A program made the position numbers and the translations under genes. Under the pieces are notes generated by a model that made no database searches, had not been told where the DNA came from, and saw only the letters and a program-made list of their open reading frames with translations. A stretch of 64,000 bases of DNA, from the NCBI GenBank assembly GCA_034530615.2, contig JAVRCV020000055.1:1-64000 (forward strand). Reading direction: 5' to 3'. The stretch comes from Aulosira sp. ZfuVER01. GTDB taxonomy: Bacteria; Cyanobacteriota; Cyanobacteriia; Cyanobacteriales; Nostocaceae. Positions 41,468-51,142 of the stretch are shown one piece after another; the first letter of the stretch is position 1, and each line of letters begins with the position of its first letter.

Positions 41468-41625
41468 GTTTTAGTCCCCTTACGGGGATTTATTGAGTTA
41501 GAAGTAGTATCTGCAGCAGCATTAGAAGATTTTGTCTGACTGTTTTAATCCCCTTGCGGGGAAGGTATTGAAAACTTACTCAACAGTTCAGCAATACAAC
41601 GAGAGAGCTAGTTTCAATCCCCTTA
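41468..41625 (+). CRISPR. degenerate CRISPR array remnant: 2 repeats, 1 truncated repeat, 2 spacers
   Basis: R1 41468-41504 GTTTTAGTCCCCTTACGGGGATTTATTGAGTTAGAAG; R2 41542-41575 GTTTTAATCCCCTTGCGGGGAAGGTATTGAAAAC; R3 41611-41625 GTTTCAATCCCCTTA; spacers 37 and 35 nt; CCCC/GGGG hairpin; adjacent to cas remnants. Confidence 0.85.
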
Positions 41626-41951
41626 CACAAGAGTTATTACACTTTCCTAGAATTAAATATGAAAGCGATTTTTGGGAGGATTATAAAAATATTACTGATT
41701 TAAATTATAAATTTTTATTGCAAAAAACTATCGCTAAAGTCTCAAGATTGCTTGAAGAATCTAATGGAGATACTAGGTCTGTTGCAAAGCAAGTTGAGTA
41801 TTACCCATATCAAGGAGCAAAAGATAAACAAGGAGTGGACCATTTTTATGTAGGTAAACAATTTAGAGTGAGTTGCCAAAAACGCGGTGATATATTAATG
41901 CTGCGACATTATGGAACTCATAAATATGTAGAAGGAAAAGAAACCACTTAA
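41626..41951 (+). pseudogene. C-terminal RelE-like domain of an APE2256/CARF-family CRISPR accessory protein (Cami1-like); N-terminus deleted
   Basis: QELLHFPRIKYESDF...LQKTIAKVS...VDHFYV..FRVSC...LRHYGTH pattern; position immediately before csx7. Confidence 0.6.
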
Positions 41952-41966
41952 ATCGAGGCAATAATT

Positions 41967-42837
41967 ATGTTTGACACATCAAAAATCGCCTAGAAATCAC
42001 AGGTACATTCACTACAATCACAGCATTACGCATTAGTGCAGGTCGTTCTGGTGAACCAATTGGCTCAGATTTATCTGTCATTAAAGATGCATTAAATCGC
42101 CCATTAATACCAGGTTCTAGCTTTAAAGGTGCAATGCGATCGCGCCTCGAAAGTTTCCTTAGAGGTATTCTCGGAAATAATCGCCAACTCGTTGCAAATC
42201 CAGCCATTGAGGATGAATGGTCAATTACATCTCAACAAATGAAAGAGTTAAAAGAAAATTATGATAATGACGAAATTTTGACAAGGGAAATTATCAACCA
42301 GACTGATTTACCATCTCGTCTGTTTGGTTCACCCTGGATTGCGAGCAAATTCCAAGTCAGAGATTTAACTGTAGTCCCTGATACTTGGTTTGGACAATAC
42401 CAAGAAAGAGACGGTGTAGCCATTGATAGAGACACCGAAACAGCCGCAAATGGGAACTTTACGATTTTCAAGTAGTTCCAGCAGCGACACAGTTTGAGTT
42501 TAAGGCTGTAGTCGAGAATGCGGAACCTTGGAAATTGGGTTTACTGATGATTGGATTACACCAGTTTGAAACAGAACAAATACCTCTGGGTGGAGGGCGA
42601 TCGCGTGGCTTGGGTGTTGTTAAACTAGATATTGACAAGATGCTGTGGATTGATGTCGATAACAACCCGGAAAAACTGTTGCAATACTTGCAAACATTGG
42701 TAAATGAAGATAATAGCAATACATCAATATATGAAGATGGTAAGCAGTTTAAAAATACTTGGACACAGTCTTTGATCAATCATTTAACTGACAAGTTAGC
42801 TCAAAATTCTACCAACTCAATTGCTTCAGGAGGGTAA
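41967..42837 (+). pseudogene. csx7: type III-D-like RAMP protein Csx7 with two single-base-deletion frameshifts
   Basis: reconstructs as MFDT(F)KNRLEITG...PLIPGSSFKGAMRS...LFGS...RDGVAIDRDTETAANG(K)LYDFQVVPA...LGGGRSRGLG; frameshifts near 41979 and 42455. Confidence 0.85.
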
Positions 42838-42839
42838 TT

Positions 42840-43460
42840 ATGGCTTTCAGTGGCTACAAAACTATCGGTGAGGTTCTCAAGGCGTTTCAAGTCACCTATA
42901 CCGAAGCTAATTTTATCAGTGAACTTGCTTTTACTATTTCTAATTACTTCCGTGAAGATTTAGAACTGATGATGCGAGATGCTGTTGTTGATAACTCAGA
43001 GTTTGCTATTTGTGAAAATCTGATTTATCCCGTTATTAAAGAAGTTTGGAAAATCTATCGTCAGCATTTTATTTTATGGAGTCATCAATCCTTGAATTAT
43101 GATGAGAGATTGTCAGGCTTTCCTGAATATATTTTGGCTAAACGCTCTCCTTTGGGTAAAGTTGTCTTTGACAAACCATATTTCATTTTAGTAGAAGCTA
43201 AACAAGATAACTTTGAAACAGGTTGGGCACAATGTTTAGCAGAAATGATTGCTGCTCAAAGACTGAATGGGGAATATCAAATAGTAATTTTTGGCATTGT
43301 ATCTAATGGCGCAACATGGCAATTTGGAAAATTAGAAGATGAGAAATTTACTAGAAATATCACTCCTTATACCATTTATGAACTAGATAAACTTTTTGCT
43401 ACTGTTAATTTTGTATTTCAACAATGCGAAGTACAGCTAAATAACTTAGTAGCGGCTTAA
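42840..43460 (+). CDS. conserved cyanobacterial protein with PD-(D/E)xK-like / HsdR N-terminal-like fold
   Basis: SGFPEY...ILVEAK...AQCLAEM...FGIVSNGATWQFGKL; GGAGG RBS; intact ORF. Confidence 0.65.
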   Translation: MAFSGYKTIGEVLKAFQVTYTEANFISELAFTISNYFREDLELMMRDAVVDNSEFAICENLIYPVIKEVWKIYRQHFILWSHQSLNYDERLSGFPEYILAKRSPLGKVVFDKPYFILVEAKQDNFETGWAQCLAEMIAAQRLNGEYQIVIFGIVSNGATWQFGKLEDEKFTRNITPYTIYELDKLFATVNFVFQQCEVQLNNLVAA

Positions 43461-43490
43461 TTCGCAATATTTCTTCAACTAAATATAGCT

Positions 43491-43591
43491 ATGCATAAAA
43501 GATTTGTTAATCACTGCACTATTGATTTAACCATAATTACCGACGGGCCGATTCTCATTAAATCTGGGAAGGAAGGGGCTGATCCGACTAA
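43491..43591 (+). pseudogene. 5' fragment of a Csm3/Cas7-group RAMP gene
   Basis: MHKRFVNHCTIDLTIITDGPILIKSGKEGADPT: first RAMP strand plus P-I-L-I-x-S-G motif; cut off by an IS end. Confidence 0.7.
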
Positions 43592-43706
43592 GAGGTCGTT
43601 TTAAAAGTGGTTAGCTGCGATTTTGCGCTATCCAACCGACCGTGAACCCCCATCTGGAATGTACTAAATCATGATGCAATCTCTAACAGATGCACAGTGG
43701 GAAATT
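43592..43706 (+). mobile_element. left-end remnant of an IS5-family (IS1031-like) element
   Basis: TAA followed by TIR-like GAGGTCGTTTTAAAAGT; decayed transposase start encoding SLTDAQWEI. Confidence 0.65.
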
Positions 43707-43979
43707 TCTACTCCGACAACGCCACTTGTTGAGTCAGCGCGTCAAGTGGAAATCGCTAAAGTGGCGCAAGCTCAAGACTTTCAAGTTGAGCAAATTATTG
43801 AGGCAAAAGTTACTAAAATAAATGGTAACAAAGTCACCTATGAAATCTTAGGAACGATTAAGTTAACTGAGAAGGAACCGAAGCAAGCTAGTTTTCTCCA
43901 GGAAGGACAGACGGTGAAGGTGAAAATCGCGTCTTTTAAGGATGACGGCAGCATTAAAAGTGTTAAGTACCTAAACTAA
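43707..43979 (+). pseudogene. 3' fragment with an S1/OB-like domain, probably the tail of a Cmr6-like RAMP gene
   Basis: FQVEQIIEAKVTKINGNKVTY...LQEGQTVKVKI S1-like pattern; fused in frame to the transposase remnant. Confidence 0.5.
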
Positions 43980-44267
43980 CTTAATATTTTGATTGGAATA
44001 TTTTTATAGACTAGAGTTGAATAAACTGAGTAATTAAACGCTAGACAAGCGGTTGATACATTCAGGACTTACGCAACTGGCACATATATCTTTTGTTATG
44101 AGGGTCAAGAGTCATTAGTTATTTCTCCTCTACTTCCTTGTCCTCCCTATCCTCCTTGTCCCCCTGCTCCCTGCTACACCAGTTGCTACAACGCGGGGAA
44201 AATCCGGTTTGATTGGTGAATAATTCCCGTACACTGGTGTTGAGACTAACATAAGGAGAAAAAACTT

Positions 44268-44789
44268 ATGGGACTTTTCGATCAAATTCTCGGCGCAGTT
44301 GCTAATCCTAATCAGCAAGGCAGTTTGGGACAATTGGGAAGTATTCTTAGTACCGTGAATCAATTGAGTAATAGCACTGGTGCAGACCCTTCTACTATCC
44401 AATCGGTGTTGTCGATTGTAGGTGGTCAAGTGCGATCGGCTTTACAAGAAAAGCAAGCCACAGAGGGTAATGAAGCAGTGCAATCTACAGTAAATCAATT
44501 TGCGGGTACTTCTCCTGACCCCCAAGCTGTTTATTCGGTATTTGGTGGTGGTATTCAACAAGTAGCTGAGATTGTTGCCCAGCGCACTGGCTTAGATGCT
44601 GGTACAATTCAACAATTACTGCCTCATATAGTGCCTGTGGTGCTGAATTTTTTACAGTCTGGTGCGAACGCTCAAAATCCACAAGCAGGGGGTAATCCAG
44701 TGCTGAATTCGTTCCTAGATGCAGATAATGATGGTGATGTTGATATTGCTGATGCCATGCAATTGGCTAGTCGTCATTTCGGACAGTAA
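44268..44789 (+). CDS. DUF937 family protein
   Basis: MGLFDQILGA..., FLDADNDGDVDIAD EF-hand-like tail; AAGGAG RBS. Confidence 0.8.
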   Translation: MGLFDQILGAVANPNQQGSLGQLGSILSTVNQLSNSTGADPSTIQSVLSIVGGQVRSALQEKQATEGNEAVQSTVNQFAGTSPDPQAVYSVFGGGIQQVAEIVAQRTGLDAGTIQQLLPHIVPVVLNFLQSGANAQNPQAGGNPVLNSFLDADNDGDVDIADAMQLASRHFGQ

Positions 44790-44862
44790 TTAAATTCATT
44801 TGCTACTTTGTTGGCGAAATAGGTTTTCTGGTCAGGATCGGAAAAAGAAGAAAGAGAAGATT

Positions 44863-44909
44863 AGGAAGACAAGGAAGAATTGTTAAAGAAACTTCTTCCT
44901 TGTCTTCCT
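44863..44909. terminator. 17-bp perfect inverted repeat between convergent genes
   Basis: AGGAAGACAAGGAAGAA...TTCTTCCTTGTCTTCCT. Confidence 0.6.
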
Positions 44910-45220
44910 TTATCGTGATATAAGACCACAGGAATAGCAGATATGACCAGAAATCCGCGATTGATATCTAATGATTATTTCGCTTCTCGTAAACTTCATA
45001 TTGATGAACTTCTGGCAAGTTAATTGAAAATATTATCCAAACTGATGCTGCACTTACCGAACGAGTGAGAGTGCGATCGCAACTTAACAATTCTACGCCG
45101 CAATCAAAAACTAATCCTCAACATTGTGCCTGAAGAGCCACCGCAGTAGAGAATGGTGATTGGGGGGATGAGGGAGATGAGGAAGCAGAGGAAACTATTG
45201 ACCCTTAAATCTTAACCAAT

Positions 45221-45751
45221 TCAACCATTCTCATCCAAAATTGTCCCTTCCAAATTAGCTTTCTCTAAATTTGCGCCGTTCAAATTAGCTTCGTTCAAAT
45301 CTGCTTGAGCAAGATTAGCTTGGGTGAGGTCGGCTACAGTTAAGTCTGCGCCACTTAAATCAGCTTTATCTAAATTTGCAGCTATTAAAGTTGCTTCATG
45401 CAACTCAGCATCGCTGAGGTTAGCTTCAATCAGCTTGGCGACAGTTAAATCAGCCTGAGTCAAATTTGCTCCATCCAAAACAGCACCATCTAATATCGCT
45501 CCATCTAAAATGGCTCCAGTTAGATTACTACTAGTGAGATTAGCATCACTTAAATTTGCTCCGTTCAAGTCTGCTTCAATCAAGCTAGTTTGGGTTAAAT
45601 TAGCATGACTAAGATTAGCACCATCTAAGATAGCTTTATCTAAAATTGCTCCACTAAGATTGGCTTCCCGCAAATTTGCTTCGCTCAGGTTCACACCAGT
45701 AAAGTCTCTTGTGCCTGCGGCGTAGTTTTTCAGGAGTTCATCTGCCTTCAT
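45221..45751 (-). CDS. pentapeptide repeat protein
   Basis: A(N/D)Lxx repeats throughout. Confidence 0.95.
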   Translation of the reverse strand: MKADELLKNYAAGTRDFTGVNLSEANLREANLSGAILDKAILDGANLSHANLTQTSLIEADLNGANLSDANLTSSNLTGAILDGAILDGAVLDGANLTQADLTVAKLIEANLSDAELHEATLIAANLDKADLSGADLTVADLTQANLAQADLNEANLNGANLEKANLEGTILDENG

Positions 45752-46162
45752 AATTATCTTCCGCTAGTTTCTATTGCTTTTCGAGCCACGGCAATCTATT
45801 ACCCAGCACTGGCAACAGAGGATCTCAAACTATATTTAAACTATGGTAGCTATTTGGACTTTTTTGTGTAACTAGCTAAAGTTATTAGTTAATTTCATAC
45901 CTAAGATAGTGGATGTTGCTAAAACAAGGAATGAAATTTTTGCATCATGCATTAAAATATCAAAACCTTCATCCTCTCTTTGTCTGAAGCTTTATACTAA
46001 TTCACGAAAATTCTGATACAGATTGCTAAACTCTCTACCACATATTTGTACCTTATTGTCAGTTTTCAAGAATTAATAGACTACGGTTGAAGCGCAAGTG
46101 ATAGAAAAGCCCCCTGAACCTTTAATAATGGCAAGAGGTTTTGAGTAGGAAATAAATTTGCA

Positions 46163-47617
46163 TTACAGGAATAATCCTGCAATTATTTGGTCAAAGTTGC
46201 GGGTGTATACTTTTTGGCTATATTCTTGCCATGCTTGGTTTGAAGAGTTGGGAAATTGTGTTAATGTTGCCTGTTGAATATATTCCATGAATGGGCGACG
46301 AAGTCGCTCATATTTCTCGAAAGCTGAGGCTATGGCTTGCTTGTTATCCCAATTATTTGCTTTAGCAATATTACTAATTAATGTTGTAACTACTATTGCA
46401 TCTTCAAATCCTTGATTAGCTCCTTGAGCTAGAAAAGGAGGCATACCATGCGCAGCATCACCAACTAATACAACTCGTCCTGCACTCCAGACTGGTGGGA
46501 TATTCTCAGCTATAGCAGCACGATGAATGTAATACGGACGTTGCAAAATATTTTCTGGCTGAGATAATCGCACTAATTGTTTTAGTTCATCAGGAAAACC
46601 AGCTTTTTCTAACTCTTGCAAAGTTAAGTCAAGCAAATCGCTACCAGGCTTCTCTTGCACCGAATGCAATGGTACAGCTATATGTAATAAATAGCCGATC
46701 CCTTGTCTGTTAATTAACAACATTCTCGGAGATTTACTAAAAACGCTCTCGCTCAGATCGTAGTTAGCTACTGTTAAAATTGGCGAGCCTGCAAAAAATT
46801 TCTCTTCAATATGCGATCGCAGTTCGTTGGGTATATTAGGTATTTCTCTACAAGATATTGCCACAAACCCAGAGTATTCTGGTTTGGCAAATGCTTGGTT
46901 AGCGTTATCAGCATAAAGTATCTTCCGAACTGTAGAGTTAATACCGTCTGCTGCCACAATTAGTTTAGCTCGGAATGATTTTCTGATTGATGGTTGAGAG
47001 GCGCTGTCTGAATTTTGGGATTGTGGATCGCGATTATTTTGTCCATCTGACCAATATGCATAGGGATTAGCCTCGACACTAGTACTACTAACGCAATCGA
47101 GCCGGACGCATCCAAATTCTTGCTCATCTATAACATTGATGCAACGGTGATTAGGTTTAACTTGGTCTTCAGGAAGCAGTTGCCTTAAACTAGTCTGCAA
47201 ATCATACCAAGAAATTGAAACTCGACCTTCACCATAATTACTAAACCAAACATCAAAACTTAGAGAAGAAGCTCGAACTTTTTCTCCCTGAAAGTTTCTA
47301 CAAGCCCATTCTAGTGAAGGCTTTCGAGATTTTGGCTCAATTACTTCAGTTTGCTGGTACTTAGTGAAAGTAAGACTCGCTGTTTTGACTGCTTGATATG
47401 CGTTAGTATCTACATATTTCAGAGCTTTTAACCCATTAGGCAGAAGATCAACAACCTGACCAACCTGACGAAAAGCACGAGTTTGATCTATTACCAAAAT
47501 ATTGTCAATACCACGTTTGCGTAAACCAACAGCAGTTGCTAAACCAACAGGCCCAGCACCAACTATCACAACATCGTAGATTTTGTTGATGGGTGTATCT
47601 GTTTGGGGGATATTCAT
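46163..47617 (-). CDS. FAD-dependent monooxygenase
   Basis: VGAGPVGL, ADGINSTVR, LVGDAAHGMPPFLAQGANQGFEDA. Confidence 0.92.
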   Translation of the reverse strand: MNIPQTDTPINKIYDVVIVGAGPVGLATAVGLRKRGIDNILVIDQTRAFRQVGQVVDLLPNGLKALKYVDTNAYQAVKTASLTFTKYQQTEVIEPKSRKPSLEWACRNFQGEKVRASSLSFDVWFSNYGEGRVSISWYDLQTSLRQLLPEDQVKPNHRCINVIDEQEFGCVRLDCVSSTSVEANPYAYWSDGQNNRDPQSQNSDSASQPSIRKSFRAKLIVAADGINSTVRKILYADNANQAFAKPEYSGFVAISCREIPNIPNELRSHIEEKFFAGSPILTVANYDLSESVFSKSPRMLLINRQGIGYLLHIAVPLHSVQEKPGSDLLDLTLQELEKAGFPDELKQLVRLSQPENILQRPYYIHRAAIAENIPPVWSAGRVVLVGDAAHGMPPFLAQGANQGFEDAIVVTTLISNIAKANNWDNKQAIASAFEKYERLRRPFMEYIQQATLTQFPNSSNQAWQEYSQKVYTRNFDQIIAGLFL

Positions 47618-47716
47618 AACACAACAAACCTAAGTTTGTATTTTTACAGCAGTCGTAAACATCCCTAATAATAGACAAGAAGGTAGACACAACGTTCTAC
47701 CCTCTTGTTATCTTAA

Positions 47717-49729
47717 CTATTGACTACTAGCTTGTCTGTAACAGGCAAATTCCATTGTGAAAGTTGCCATTCCCGCAGTTTGCGATCGCAAGTCTGTAGA
47801 ATAGCCAAACATCTGCGCTAGGGGTACTTCTGCCCGAATCACTGAGTATGCTTGCATGGTTTCGGAACCCAATAGCAAACCGCGACGGGCGGCGATATCA
47901 CCTTGCACTCTACCTAGATACTCGTTGGGTGTTTCCACCTCTACCAACATAATTGGTTCAAGAATGTAGGCATTGGCTTTAGCGATCGCACCATCAAGGG
48001 CTTGATGAGATGCTGACCGAAATGCCAATTCGGAAGAGTCAACTGGGTGATAGGAACCCCCTTCCAGCACGACTTTTACCCCGGTGACGGGATAACCTTC
48101 CAACGGGCCTGATTGCATGGCTTCGCGGAAACCCTTCTCGCAAGCCGGAATATACTCCTTGGGAATTGCACCCCCAACTACCTTACTTTCAAAGACAAAC
48201 GGCTCGTCTGTAGGTTCAATCCATCCACTGACATGGGCGTATTGACCAGATCCCCCGGTTTGTTTCTTCAGTCGGTAATCAAAGTTAGTTTTTCGCCCAA
48301 TAGTTTCCCGATATGCGACTGCGGGTGTACCAACGTATACCTCAGTGTTATACTCTCGTTGAATGCGTTCCAAGTAGATTTCGAGGTGAAGTTCACCCAT
48401 CCCAGAAATTAGAGTTGCGCCTGATTCTGGGTCTATGCTCAATTTGAAGGTTGGATCTTCTTTTTGAAAGCGGTTGAGGGCTTTGGAAAGGCGATCGCTA
48501 TCTTCTTGTTTTTTAGGTGTTACAGCCAGTGTAATTACTGGGTCTGGGACAAACATTTTCTCCAAAGATAGCAGTGGTTCCCCACTACAAAAAGTATCGC
48601 CAGAGGCACAATCTACACCCAATAGCGCGATAATATCGCCTGCTTCGGCAACTTTCACCTCTTCTCGCTTGTTGGCGTGCATTCTCACCAATCGACCAAT
48701 TTGCACTCGTTGTCCGGTACGAGAGTTGTAAACAGTATCGCCCTGTTTCAAGGTTCCGGAATAAATTCGGGTGTAGGTCAATTGTCCAAAGGACTCTACA
48801 GTGAGTTTGAATGCTAACGCAACTAAAGGATCGTCAGGGTTGGGGTAAAGGCTAACAGACTCTACTGTTTTGACGACTTCCCGATCTATAGGCGATGGGA
48901 GATAAAGTGCGATCGCATCTAACAAATTCTGCACACCTTTGTTTTTGAATGCCGAACCCAGCAATACTGGTGTTACTTGCAGGCTCAAGGTGGCTTGGCG
49001 GATGGTTTGCCAAATTAGTTCTCTGGGAACCTGCTCATTTGCTAGTAGCATCTCGGTCATAGGTTCCGAGAAGAGCGATAAAGCATCCAGCATCTTGTCC
49101 CGTGCTTGTTGTGCTTCCTGCACAAGTGCGTCAGGAATTGGCTGTTTTACCCAATGTTCGCCGTTTTCACCTTCAAAGTAGGAAGCAGTCATTTCTATGA
49201 GGTCAATCACCCCTTGAAATTGGTCTTCGCTACCGATGGGATACTGGAGCAACAAAGTATTTAACTGCAAGCGATCGCGCATAGCTTGTACAACCCGAAA
49301 CGGATTTGCACCTACCCGATCCATTTTGTTGATAAATGCGATACGCGGTACACGATATCGCTTCATCTGGCGATCCACCGTGATTGACTGAGACTGTACC
49401 CCCGCCACGGCACACAGCACCATCACTGCCCCATCCAATACCCGCAGCGCACGCTCAACCTCAATCGTAAAATCCACGTGTCCTGGCGTATCAATTAAGT
49501 TGATTTGCGTATCATGCCACTGACAGGTAGTAGCAGCTGAAGTGATGGTTATGCCATGTAGTTTTTCCTCTGGCATAAAGTCCATCGTTGCTCCCTTGCC
49601 ACCTCCCCGTACTTCCTCAATTGCATGGATTCTGCCTGTGTAGAAGAGAATTCGCTCTGATAGCGTAGTTTTACCAGAGTCGATGTGAGCAGAAATACCA
49701 ATATTCCGGATGCGTTCTCGGGGAATCAT
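47717..49729 (-). CDS. fusA: elongation factor G paralogue (outside the str operon)
   Basis: AHIDSGKTT, GITI, DTPGHVDF, NKMD, GMGELHLE, KKQTGGSGQYA, HPVDSSE; no rpsG/tuf neighbours. Confidence 0.93.
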   Translation of the reverse strand: MIPRERIRNIGISAHIDSGKTTLSERILFYTGRIHAIEEVRGGGKGATMDFMPEEKLHGITITSAATTCQWHDTQINLIDTPGHVDFTIEVERALRVLDGAVMVLCAVAGVQSQSITVDRQMKRYRVPRIAFINKMDRVGANPFRVVQAMRDRLQLNTLLLQYPIGSEDQFQGVIDLIEMTASYFEGENGEHWVKQPIPDALVQEAQQARDKMLDALSLFSEPMTEMLLANEQVPRELIWQTIRQATLSLQVTPVLLGSAFKNKGVQNLLDAIALYLPSPIDREVVKTVESVSLYPNPDDPLVALAFKLTVESFGQLTYTRIYSGTLKQGDTVYNSRTGQRVQIGRLVRMHANKREEVKVAEAGDIIALLGVDCASGDTFCSGEPLLSLEKMFVPDPVITLAVTPKKQEDSDRLSKALNRFQKEDPTFKLSIDPESGATLISGMGELHLEIYLERIQREYNTEVYVGTPAVAYRETIGRKTNFDYRLKKQTGGSGQYAHVSGWIEPTDEPFVFESKVVGGAIPKEYIPACEKGFREAMQSGPLEGYPVTGVKVVLEGGSYHPVDSSELAFRSASHQALDGAIAKANAYILEPIMLVEVETPNEYLGRVQGDIAARRGLLLGSETMQAYSVIRAEVPLAQMFGYSTDLRSQTAGMATFTMEFACYRQASSQ

Positions 49730-49789
49730 AATGACTTCCTTGATTATTGAAGCAACAAACGGTTACTGCTGAGGCAGTAACATTATTCA

Positions 49790-49805
49790 TATTACAATTG
49801 TAATA
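49790..49805. promoter_or_regulatory. perfect 16-bp palindrome, candidate operator
   Basis: TATTACAATTGTAATA, 60 nt upstream of the EF-G paralogue, overlapping a TAATAT -10-like hexamer on the minus strand. Confidence 0.55.
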
Positions 49806-49978
49806 CAAAATGATTTATTGTCCAACAGATATACTTTGAGCGATCGCTCAAATTACTGGTGATGACAAAGTTATCAGTCATGCGATCGCAATATCCCCAC
49901 GAAAAGAACAACGCACAACAGTAGCTAGAGAAGAAGAGAAAATGAGAAAATAAAGGGTGGGGTGACAAAATAATATCC

Positions 49979-50206
49979 ATGCCCAGGAAGATTCGAGAGT
50001 TGAAAGCTCAGATTGCGCGTGAAGGATTTGTTTACTTACCCAAGCGCGGCAAGGGTAGCCATGAACGTTGGCGGCATCCTCTCCTTAGAAAAACACTGAC
50101 AATCCCAGGCAAGGAAGGAGATGATGTACCAATCTACCTGGAGAAACAATTAGAAAAGTTATTGGCTGAACTAGAGGAGTTAAGGGAGGAAAACGAGGAT
50201 TCATGA
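49979..50206 (+). CDS. hicA: HicA-family toxin
   Basis: RGKGSHERWRHP...TIPG; 4-bp overlap with hicB. Confidence 0.9.
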   Translation: MPRKIRELKAQIAREGFVYLPKRGKGSHERWRHPLLRKTLTIPGKEGDDVPIYLEKQLEKLLAELEELREENEDS

Positions 50207-50421
50207 ATCGGTATAGCATGATTATTCAATGGTCTGATGAAGATCAGCTTTTCCTGGTAACAATCCCAGAGTTTGCCGACCTAGTAGTGATGCCTTGTAC
50301 TCACGGCAAAACTCGTGAGGAAGCAATTCATAACGGTGAAGAAGTTATTGAAATGTATTTGGAAGCTTGGCAAGCAGAAGGTGAACTTATCCCTGAACCT
50401 AGAACGCTTCAAGTTGCTTGA
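50203..50421 (+). CDS. hicB: HicB-family antitoxin (short, no DNA-binding domain)
   Basis: WSDEDQLFLVTIPEF...THGKTREEAI...IPEP. Confidence 0.9.
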   Translation: MNRYSMIIQWSDEDQLFLVTIPEFADLVVMPCTHGKTREEAIHNGEEVIEMYLEAWQAEGELIPEPRTLQVA

Positions 50422-50556
50422 TAATCTTAGTGATTGCGCCGAATTACCGAAAGTTTACCAAAACTAGACTACAGCCAACGCTCGCCTATTGCAGCGATCG
50501 CTCACGACGCTTACACAATTTGAGGTTTACAATATTAGGAAAAACTCGATTGCAAG

Positions 50557-51123
50557 GTGACTCAATCAGCCGTGAATCATCATGGGGCAATGCCAAAAAG
50601 CAGTGAACCCAGTTATTACTCCCTGCTAGGACTGCATCCCTCGGCATCGGTAATCGACATCCGTCGCGCTTATCGAGAACTGAGTAAACGCTATCATCCT
50701 GATAGTACCGATTTACCTGCCACTATCGCCACTGTTAAATTTCAGCAACTCAATGAAGCCTACGCTACCCTAAGCAACCCAGAACGCAGGTTAAGCTATG
50801 ACCTGAAAATTGGCTATTCTCGCTTTGGGGTGATTCAAGCACCCGCCGATTTGAACCATCCTGTAACTAATACCTATGACTGGTCAAAATCGGCTTACCT
50901 TGACGCTAGCGATCGCCCTCTCTCATCAGGCGAAATTTTTGCTTTGTTTATTTTGGGGTTGACTTTTTTGGGTTGTTTGTTACTGGCGATCGCTATTGGC
51001 TTAACACGGGGTGAAGCTGCTTTCCAAACCCAACTTTCACTACCAATTCCTGCCACCCAACAGCAAATTAACCAAATATCCCCATCGGCTAGCCTAGGGG
51101 AAATTAAAAATTATTATTGTTAA
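50557..51123 (+). CDS. DnaJ-domain membrane protein
   Basis: YYSLLGL, RRAYRELSKRYHPD, one C-terminal TM. Confidence 0.9.
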   Translation: MTQSAVNHHGAMPKSSEPSYYSLLGLHPSASVIDIRRAYRELSKRYHPDSTDLPATIATVKFQQLNEAYATLSNPERRLSYDLKIGYSRFGVIQAPADLNHPVTNTYDWSKSAYLDASDRPLSSGEIFALFILGLTFLGCLLLAIAIGLTRGEAAFQTQLSLPIPATQQQINQISPSASLGEIKNYYC

Positions 51124-51142
51124 GGTTGAATTTTTACAAATT

